A stretch of DNA of 8,641 bases from IMG/VR virus record IMGVR_UViG_2671180299_000012; one strand, given 5' to 3'. Under the pieces are notes generated by a model. The model was not told the DNA's origin. It did no database searches and worked only from the letters and a program-made list of their open reading frames with translations. The DNA is from a virus. Lineage: Duplodnaviria > Heunggongvirae > Uroviricota > Caudoviricetes. The position numbers and the translations under genes are program-made. How positions within the stretch are numbered: the first letter of the stretch is position 1; each line of letters begins with the position of its first letter. Shown piece by piece: positions 1 through 5,076 of this stretch.

Positions 1-374
1 TGCCTCACGCCCACCAGCAAAACCCGCCACAGGAAAAGACGGTGGTCAGCATTGCCGTTGATCCTGAGTCTCCGGAATCTTTCATGAAACGACCTAAACG
101 TCGCCGCTGGGTTAACGAGAAATACACGCGCTGGGTGAAGACACAGCCGTGTGCGTGTTGTGGTAAGCCTGCTGACGATCCGCATCACCTGATTGGTCAT
201 GGTCAGGGGGGAATGGGGACAAAGGCCCACGATATTTTCACGTTACCGTTGTGCCGGGAGCACCACAACGAACTTCATGCAGACCCGCTGGAGTTTGAGA
301 AAAAGTACGGCTCTCAGATTGAGTTAATTTTTCGTTTTCTTGATCACGCCTTTGCGACTGGCGTGCTCGGGTAA
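1..374 (+). CDS. DUF968/NinG-like nin-region protein, C-terminal part (5-prime end lies outside the window)
   Basis: Frame 3 is open from position 3 to the TAA at 372-374 with no upstream stop, so the gene enters the window already in progress; the tracked ORF 42..374 starts at an internal GTG. The translation has a Cys/His cluster (CACCGKPADDPHHLIGHG ... LPLCREHHNELH) that I recognise as the conserved C-terminus of lambdoid nin-region DUF968 (YdfU-like) proteins. Its position directly upstream of rusA fits the nin region. Confidence 0.6.
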   Translation, partial: PHAHQQNPPQEKTVVSIAVDPESPESFMKRPKRRRWVNEKYTRWVKTQPCACCGKPADDPHHLIGHGQGGMGTKAHDIFTLPLCREHHNELHADPLEFEKKYGSQIELIFRFLDHAFATGVLG

Positions 375-386
375 AAGAGGTGACTG

Positions 387-746
387 ATGCTCATAGATTT
401 GGTTTTACCTTACCCGCCGACAGTGAACACTTACTGGCGACGTCGTGGCAGCACATATTTTGTATCAAAAGCCGGGGAGCGTTATCGCCGGGCAGTGGCG
501 CTTATTGTTCGCCAGCAGCGACTGAAATTAAGCCTGTCCGGACGGCTGGCAATAAAAATTATTGCAGAGCCACCGGATAAGCGTCGTCGTGACCTGGACA
601 ATATTCTGAAAGCACCGCTGGATGCGCTGACGCATGCGGGAGTGCTCATTGATGACGAGCAGTTTGATGAAATCAATATTGTACGTGGTCAGCCAGTATC
701 TGGTGGACGGCTGGGTGTGAAGATTTACAAAATTGAGAGTGAGTGA
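387..746 (+). CDS. rusA: Holliday junction resolvase RusA (crossover junction endodeoxyribonuclease)
   Basis: 119-aa ORF with an AAAAGAGG Shine-Dalgarno 6 nt upstream of the ATG. The translation (LPYPPTVNTYWRRRG ... PDKRRRDLDNILKAPLDALTHAGVLIDDEQ ... SGGRLGVKIY) aligns along its full length with E. coli RusA, including the catalytic RRRDLDN acidic motif. Typical nin-region position upstream of Q. Confidence 0.9.
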   Translation: MLIDLVLPYPPTVNTYWRRRGSTYFVSKAGERYRRAVALIVRQQRLKLSLSGRLAIKIIAEPPDKRRRDLDNILKAPLDALTHAGVLIDDEQFDEINIVRGQPVSGGRLGVKIYKIESE

Positions 747-754
747 GCGTAAAT

Positions 755-1183
755 ATGATATATCCGGAAATTACAGGCAAAAGCGGCGAACATTTACGCC
801 TGAACACGCTGGAAGCAGTCTGGATCCAGGGGAAATTACGGATGTGGGGGCGGTGGTCGTATATCGGTGGGGGTAAATCCGGAAATATGTTTAACCGGTT
901 ACTGGTTTCGAAAAAGCTGACGAAAACAGCAGTTAATGAGGTTTTACGCAGCATGAAGAAATCCGGGCTGGAAAAACCGGAACTTGAGGCATTTTTTCGG
1001 GATATGACCAGAGGGAAGCAGAAGAGCTGGTTGTCACATTGTACAGACACAGAGGCGTTGATTATTGATCGCGTTATCAGTGAGGTGCTTGGGGAATATC
1101 CCGGGCTAATAAGGAAAGCTACCGGGAAGAATTACTTGTTCTCTGAAGATGCCGCCGTCAACACTGCGGTCAGAAAAAGATGA
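755..1183 (+). CDS. Late-gene antitermination protein Q-like (candidate)
   Basis: ORF in the canonical Q position, directly after rusA and before the lysis genes. I prefer the ATG at 755 because a GAGAG/GAGTGAG purine run precedes it; the in-frame GTG at 743 overlaps the rusA stop. The N-terminal LRMWGRWSY and the D..A.II......L...Y pattern loosely resemble small Q proteins of the QuuD type (Phage_antitermQ family). The assignment rests mainly on synteny. Confidence 0.5.
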   Translation: MIYPEITGKSGEHLRLNTLEAVWIQGKLRMWGRWSYIGGGKSGNMFNRLLVSKKLTKTAVNEVLRSMKKSGLEKPELEAFFRDMTRGKQKSWLSHCTDTEALIIDRVISEVLGEYPGLIRKATGKNYLFSEDAAVNTAVRKR

Positions 1184-1370
1184 TGTTGAATCGCGTATTG
1201 AAAAACTGGAGTGCTATATCGCTGAATTGAAAAAAAGCACCCCAACAAAAAATGAGGTGCTTGCAGCAGACGAAATGAAAGAAGCTATTCCTGATCGCGC
1301 GGCGAATCTAAGCTGCGCTTCATGGTTGAAAGAGCATCTTCAGCAGCCTGAAAAAAAAACGCCGCGATGA
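1149..1370 (+). CDS. Hypothetical protein (questionable ORF overlapping the 3-prime end of Q)
   Basis: 73-aa ORF overlapping the Q candidate by 35 nt, with no convincing Shine-Dalgarno at the first ATG. The translation is charged with a coiled-coil-like N-terminus (ESRIEKLECYIAELKK). This interval is also where a lambdoid late promoter, qut site and leader would be expected, so it may be non-coding. Confidence 0.25.
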   Translation: MPPSTLRSEKDDVESRIEKLECYIAELKKSTPTKNEVLAADEMKEAIPDRAANLSCASWLKEHLQQPEKKTPR

Positions 1371-1407
1371 GCAGTTTGCTGCGTTTTACGATTATTGCCG
1401 GAAAGTG

Positions 1408-1812
1408 ATGAGCAGAAATCTCGCAGAGTGTTTCAGTATTCATAATGATAATTTCAGTGACCTGGAATGGGAGTGTAACCGGCCATCCTTTGTTGTATCC
1501 GGTGATGCTGGGAAAATAACCATCTCAGAAAATGGAAAAGTAACACCGCCATCGCACCAGCACAGTGAGGAGCTCATTGAATTTGCCATTGATTACCTGA
1601 AGAACAATAAAAAGCAGGGGCTGATGAAGTGCATTGGTCGTTGCATGGGATATCTTCAGGTAGCCGCTGAGATTGAAGCGCTGGCCAGTGGTGCTGATAA
1701 GGATGCAATTGTGCGGGAGGCTCTTCTTCGTGATTTTAATACTCCACCCTTTAAAAAAGTGCCGGCTTACTGGCTTCATCCGGGGCTGACTTATCTTAAA
1801 GTGCGTATTTAG
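1408..1812 (+). CDS. Hypothetical soluble protein in the Q-to-lysis cargo slot (holin position)
   Basis: 134-aa ORF from the ATG at 1408 (in-frame GTG at 1405), preceded by GGAAAG. It ends 36 nt before the endolysin start. There is no hydrophobic segment long enough for a transmembrane helix, so it is not a holin. No family recognised by inspection. Confidence 0.5.
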   Translation: MSRNLAECFSIHNDNFSDLEWECNRPSFVVSGDAGKITISENGKVTPPSHQHSEELIEFAIDYLKNNKKQGLMKCIGRCMGYLQVAAEIEALASGADKDAIVREALLRDFNTPPFKKVPAYWLHPGLTYLKVRI

Positions 1813-1848
1813 TGGGCCAGGGACAGCGGCTGAATATTTAATATATCC

Positions 1849-2382
1849 ATGAACACCAAAATCAAATACGGCCTGTCGGCTGCCGTTCTGGCGCTGATTG
1901 CCGCTGGTGCGTCTGCGCCTGAAATTCTCGACCAGTTTCTTGACGAAAAAGAAGGTAACCACACCACGGCATACCGTGATGGTGCGGGTATCTGGACCAT
2001 CTGCCGTGGAGCCACCCGGGTGGATGGTAAGCCTGTTATTCCTGGCATGAAGCTGTCGAAGGGGAAATGCGACCAGGTTAACGCCATTGAGCGTGATAAG
2101 GCGCTGGCATGGGTGGCGAAAAACATCAAAGTGCCACTGACTGAACCCCAGAAAGCGGGTATTGCGTCATTCTGTCCTTACAACATTGGCCCAGGTAAGT
2201 GTTTCCCGTCGACGTTTTATAAACGAATTAATGCAGGCGATCGCAGGGGGGCGTGTGAGGCGATTCGCTGGTGGATTAAGGACGGTGGCAGAGACTGCCG
2301 TATTCGCTCAAACAACTGTTACGGTCAGGTATCCCGTCGCGACCAGGAGAGTGCGCTGGCGTGCTGGGGAATTGACAGATAA
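1849..2382 (+). CDS. SAR endolysin (phage lysozyme, T4-lysozyme-like GH24 fold with N-terminal signal-arrest-release domain)
   Basis: 177-aa ORF. The N-terminus YGLSAAVLALIAAGASAP is a weakly hydrophobic Gly/Ala/Ser-rich segment typical of SAR domains. It is followed by the catalytic E-x8-D-x5-T triad (E-GNHTTAYR-D-GAGIW-T). Overall similarity to P21 R and P1 Lyz type endolysins. Confidence 0.9.
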   Translation: MNTKIKYGLSAAVLALIAAGASAPEILDQFLDEKEGNHTTAYRDGAGIWTICRGATRVDGKPVIPGMKLSKGKCDQVNAIERDKALAWVAKNIKVPLTEPQKAGIASFCPYNIGPGKCFPSTFYKRINAGDRRGACEAIRWWIKDGGRDCRIRSNNCYGQVSRRDQESALACWGIDR

Positions 2383-2471
2383 GCAGAATATTTTGCTGAA
2401 AAATGCGGTTTGCTCGCACGGACGGATAACACGAAATCCTGCGAACTGACAAAAACTAAGTGAATAAAAGT

Positions 2472-2510
2472 AAAAACCCCGTTTGTTGGCTGCAAGCGGG
2501 GTTTTGTGTT
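2472..2510 (+). terminator. Rho-independent terminator downstream of the endolysin gene
   Basis: AAAAACCCCG (2472-2481), a 15-nt loop, then CGGGG (2497-2501) followed by TTTTGTGTTT. This is a GC-rich stem with a T-tract on the + strand and an A-tract on the other side, so it may act in both directions. Confidence 0.6.
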
Positions 2511-2541
2511 TCCTGACTCTGGAAAAGTCAAAGGAGAAAGT

Positions 2542-2679
2542 GTGTTTGATTTTAGCAAACTGATTCGGGAGATTCGAGTGATGGCTGAAAAATTATCCAC
2601 CTGGAAGTTCATTCTTATCTGGCTGGTGTTTGTGATTATGGCCTCCGGTTATTTCATCGGTCAGATACGCTGGTGGTGA
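2542..2679 (+). CDS. Small single-pass membrane peptide between endolysin and spanins (function unknown; candidate lysis accessory protein)
   Basis: 45-aa ORF from the GTG at 2542 (AAGGAG at 2531-2536, 5-nt spacer), or 32 aa from the ATG at 2581. It ends at TGA 2677-2679, one nucleotide before the Rz ATG. It contains one strongly hydrophobic stretch, WKFILIWLVFVIMASGYFIGQI. Below the 60-aa threshold of the ORF track. Confidence 0.4.
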   Translation: MFDFSKLIREIRVMAEKLSTWKFILIWLVFVIMASGYFIGQIRWW

Positions 2680-2680
2680 A

Positions 2681-3148
2681 ATGAACCGCGTACTGTGCGT
2701 GGTCATCATTGCCCTGCTGGTGGCCTGTGGTGCGCTTAGTCTGGGGCTGAATCATTACCGTGATAACGCCATAACCTACAAAGAGCAGCGCGATAAAAAA
2801 GTCAGTGAGCTGGAGCAGGCAAATGCAACCATTACTGATATGCAGCAGCGCCAGCGTGATGTTGCTGCACTTGATGCCAGATACTCGAGGGAATTAGCCG
2901 ATGCGAGAGCTGAAAATGAAACTCTTCGCGCTGACGTTGCCGCTGGTCGTAAGCGCCTGCGGATCAACGCCACCTGTCCAGGCTCCGTGCGTGAAGCCCC
3001 CGCCACCTCCGGCGTGGATAATGCAACCGGCCCCCAACTGGCAGACACCGTTACACGGGATTATTTCACCCTCAGAGAGCGGCTGATGACGATGCACAAG
3101 CAACTGGAAGGGGCACAGGACTATATCCGCACTCAGTGCCTGAAATAA
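2681..3148 (+). CDS. Rz-like inner-membrane spanin (i-spanin)
   Basis: 155-aa ORF with an N-terminal TM helix (VLCVVIIALLVACGALSLGL) and a charged, coiled-coil-prone periplasmic domain. It lies downstream of the endolysin and carries a nested +1-frame lipoprotein ORF, which is the classic Rz/Rz1 architecture. Confidence 0.85.
   Translation: MNRVLCVVIIALLVACGALSLGLNHYRDNAITYKEQRDKKVSELEQANATITDMQQRQRDVAALDARYSRELADARAENETLRADVAAGRKRLRINATCPGSVREAPATSGVDNATGPQLADTVTRDYFTLRERLMTMHKQLEGAQDYIRTQCLK
2901..3086 (+). CDS. Rz1-like outer-membrane lipoprotein spanin (o-spanin), embedded in the Rz gene in the +1 frame
   Basis: 61-aa ORF wholly inside Rz (alternative ATG at 2916). It has a signal peptide with a lipobox (LPLVVSAC) followed by a short proline-rich mature region (CGSTPPVQAPCVKPPPPPAW), the hallmark of Rz1 proteins. 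Confidence 0.8.
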   Translation: MRELKMKLFALTLPLVVSACGSTPPVQAPCVKPPPPPAWIMQPAPNWQTPLHGIISPSESG

Positions 3149-3480
3149 GTTTTGTTGATGCGCCGTATCGTCGCTGTATTCCCTCATTAACAGAGACCGC
3201 AGCCCGACAGGGAGACTCCTCTGCGCGAGTGTGCGGGGATAATCAAAAACGATACACACCGGGGTTTACCGCGTTAACGGAGCGCGGCGTTGTCCCCTCA
3301 TGGTCGCTGGTTCGGTGCGATGGTGGAAGAAACCGGACGATGTGTTACCTCGCAAGACCTGTTATGTCATGTGTCTGATTTGTGATTTAAGTCGGATAAT
3401 TGTCGTTGCCATTAAGCAGAGGATTGATGGCCGACAGGGTGGCATTGTTAGAATAAGACTTATTCTTATCTGTGCCGGGA

Positions 3481-3813
3481 ATGAAAATGAAAAGAAATCT
3501 TCCGTTAATTATTTTGTTGTCTTCTCTGGTTATGGGCTGTACGCAACATAAAACAGATATGCCCCGACAGTTGGTTAAGGCATTACCACAATATCCGGCC
3601 TATGCAGCGGCAAATTATATAAAGGGACGGGTTGATGTGAAGTTTGATATTGGTGCTGATGGTACTGTCACCCGAATTGAGTTTATCCGTTCAGAGCCGC
3701 ACCATCTGTTTGATGAGCAGGTTGTAAAGGCGATGGCAAAATGGCGATTTGAGAAGGACAGGCCGCGTAAAGGCGTGAAGAAAACGTTTATCTTTAGTCC
3801 TTCTGCACCCTGA
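3481..3813 (+). CDS. Lipoprotein with TonB C-terminal domain (phage moron; function unknown)
   Basis: ORF with possible starts at GTG 3472, ATG 3481 or ATG 3487. It has a signal peptide with a lipobox (LSSLVMGC) and Thr at +2. The mature part (YPAYAAANYIKGRVDVKFDIGADGTVTRIEFIRSEPHHLFDEQVVKAMAKWRFE) aligns residue by residue with the E. coli TonB C-terminal domain ([54 protein letters not shown]). There is no proline-rich spacer or N-terminal TM anchor. A possible sigma70 promoter lies upstream (TTGATG, ~19 nt, TAGAAT at about 3424-3454). Confidence 0.7.
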   Translation: MKMKRNLPLIILLSSLVMGCTQHKTDMPRQLVKALPQYPAYAAANYIKGRVDVKFDIGADGTVTRIEFIRSEPHHLFDEQVVKAMAKWRFEKDRPRKGVKKTFIFSPSAP

Positions 3814-3944
3814 TTATTTCATCAGAAATTAATTATCACTCTGTTGTTATTCTGTACATTCCGGCTGGGTAAGTCTTGTTCCGCCGGGTATGAAGATGAA
3901 ATATTGTTGGAGGACAGTGGGTACCTGCTCCTGTAACCGAACGT

Positions 3945-4169
3945 TCATTTCTCGTTATTTGTCATGCTGGCCGGGCGCAGATGCGTTGCATCTGTTGCCA
4001 GCCTTCTCCTGCAGGCTTCAATAACCCACGCTGAAAAGTTACCGGAACCTTTATGTTCAAGGGCGATATTGATCTGTTCAATCATGTGATTGGGAAACGG
4101 ATATTGCGGGTTGTGGTTCTGCGGGTCCGGTTTTTCGATGACATATTTATTTCCTTTACTGATTGCCAT
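3945..4169 (-). CDS. Arc/Mnt-like ribbon-helix-helix DNA-binding protein
   Basis: 74-aa minus-strand ORF. The segment PQYPFPNHMIEQINIALEHKGSGNFSAWVIEA matches the Arc pattern PQFNLRWPREVLDLVRKVAEENGRSVNSEIYQRV, with the beta-strand, first helix and G-x-S/N turn in register. It is divergent from the HNH gene with only 16 bp between the two start codons. Confidence 0.6.
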   Translation of the reverse strand: MAISKGNKYVIEKPDPQNHNPQYPFPNHMIEQINIALEHKGSGNFSAWVIEACRRRLATDATHLRPASMTNNEK

Positions 4170-4185
4170 ATGACGGGGATTTTAC

Positions 4186-4551
4186 ATGGCTGAGCTTCGT
4201 ACACTCCAGAGCAGAATCAAAACACTGAATACCCGACGGGTGAATATTCTGAAGGGTGAACAGCGTCGTGTCAGTGGCAGTGCACGTGTTTCCCTCAAGC
4301 GTCATATCTGGCTCAGGGACGCCGGGCAGTGCCGTCTCTGTGGTCGTGTGGTTGACCTCTGTGACAGTGAACTCGATCACCGAATTGCACTTCAGTTCGG
4401 TGGTGGTAATGAGGAGACGAATCTCTGGACGCTCTGTACCGAATGCCATCGACAAAAGTCTGCTCGTGAAGCGGCGAGTGATATGCCGGACCCGACGCTG
4501 CCGGAGGTGTCCGGAGGTAGTGGCAGAGAGGACGACATCATCGGACTGTAA
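4186..4551 (+). CDS. HNH endonuclease (packaging-associated HNH of cos-type, HK97-like phages)
   Basis: 121-aa ORF with a CRLCG ... DHRIALQFGGGNEETNLWTLCTECHRQK HNH/zinc-finger motif. It sits immediately upstream of the cos-like region and terS, the characteristic position of HNH proteins that assist terminase in HK97-like phages. Its last 23 codons (from 4483) lie inside tandem repeat copy 1. Confidence 0.85.
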   Translation: MAELRTLQSRIKTLNTRRVNILKGEQRRVSGSARVSLKRHIWLRDAGQCRLCGRVVDLCDSELDHRIALQFGGGNEETNLWTLCTECHRQKSAREAASDMPDPTLPEVSGGSGREDDIIGL

Positions 4552-5003
4552 CCCGACCCCGGGGGGGGTATCATCCGGCGTAAAAAACGATCGCTTTGGA
4601 CACCGCCCCCCGTCTCACGCAGAGAAAAAATTCCCGTTTCAGGGCAGTTAACATGTTAACTGGCTGTCCGGGCATTTTTGCGGTTTTTATCTTTATTATT
4701 CAGTTTGTTGCGTGGAAAAAATGTTAACAGGCTTTTTCAGCAAATGTTAACCAGGCAGCAGTTAACATTTGCGGCATGAGACGCCGGGAAAAATGGGCTG
4801 AACCATACCCGGCTGAGTGCGTTATGGACCCGGGAGGAGGCTGTGCTGACAACGCAAAAACGAAAATTTGCGCTGGCGCTCATGTCCGGGAAAAACAAAA
4901 CAGCGTCAGCCATTGCCGCTGGTTATTCGGCGAAGACCGCCAGGGTTAAAGGCTCGCAGCTGGCAAAAGATCCGGAGGTGCTTGCGTTTATAGCCCGTAA
5001 ACA
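4483..5003. repeat. Tandem direct repeat, copy 1 (~521 bp): HNH 3-prime tail + cos-like intergenic region + first 161 bp of terS
   Basis: Direct comparison with 5008..5526 gives about 13 differences in ~520 bp, including a 2-nt indel (ACCCC versus AGC before a G8 tract). The 161 bp of terS coding sequence is identical in both copies. Confidence 0.9.
4645..4768. promoter_or_regulatory. Putative cos / terminase-recognition region: 18-bp perfect palindrome plus ATGTTAAC motif array (copy 1)
   Basis: CAGTTAACATGTTAACTG (4645-4662) is a perfect 18-bp palindrome. Further ATGTTAAC motifs lie at 4721-4728 and 4744-4751, with the inverted form GTTAACAT at 4761-4768. The region sits between the HNH gene and terS, where cos lies in HK97/lambda-like phages. 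Function is inferred. Confidence 0.4.
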
Positions 5004-5076
5004 AGGTATGCCGGACCCGACGCTGCCGGAGGTGTCCGGAGGTAGTGGCAGAGCGGACGACATCATCGGACTGTAA
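4843..5076 (+). CDS. Duplication-derived chimeric ORF: terS N-terminal 55 codons fused to the duplicated HNH C-terminal tail (possible pseudogene or decoy)
   Basis: GTG start at 4843 with the same GGGAGGAGG RBS as the full terS. Residues 1-54 are identical to the terS N-terminus (MLTTQKRKFALALMSGKNKTASAIAAGYSAKTARVKGSQLAKDPEVLAFIARKQ). At the repeat junction (~5004-5007) it switches to GMPDPTLPEVSGGSGRADDIIGL, the HNH tail with one E-to-A change. Confidence 0.5.
   Translation: MLTTQKRKFALALMSGKNKTASAIAAGYSAKTARVKGSQLAKDPEVLAFIARKQGMPDPTLPEVSGGSGRADDIIGL

Noticed and set aside
482-1050. Minus-strand ORFs 482..676 and 673..1050 overlapping rusA and Q
   Set aside because: Antisense to confident + strand genes, low-complexity translations, no RBS; shadow ORFs.
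1183-1405. Late promoter pR-prime and qut site downstream of Q
   Set aside because: I could not find a -35/-10 pair with proper spacing or a convincing terminator hairpin by eye. Several TTGAAA/TTGAAT hexamers occur but none has a well-spaced -10, so I made no call.
1149-1812. Shiga-toxin-like or other AB5 toxin genes in the Q-to-lysis slot
   Set aside because: Neither ORF has a signal peptide or resembles StxA or StxB in size or sequence, and no tRNA genes are present as in Stx phages.
2162-2612. ORFs 2162..2449 (+) and 2325..2612 (-) overlapping the endolysin 3-prime end and terminator
   Set aside because: The first is an alternate frame of the endolysin gene with an Arg-rich nonsense translation. 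The second runs antisense through the terminator hairpin and the small peptide RBS. Neither has start signals.
3136-3551. ORFs 3136..3378 and 3300..3551 (+) in the Rz-to-lipoprotein intergenic region
   Set aside because: They overlap each other and the lipoprotein start, have no Shine-Dalgarno and give Cys/Arg-rich translations. The region is more likely non-coding promoter and leader for the lipoprotein gene.
3481-3813. Bor-like serum-resistance lipoprotein
   Set aside because: Lambda bor is on the opposite strand and its product is not TonB-like. This protein matches the TonB C-terminal domain instead.
4256-4651. ORFs 4256..4651 (+), 4156..4455 (-) and 4392..4574 (-) overlapping the HNH gene
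   Set aside because: Alternate-frame or antisense overlaps of the HNH gene, which has a clear catalytic motif; no independent support.
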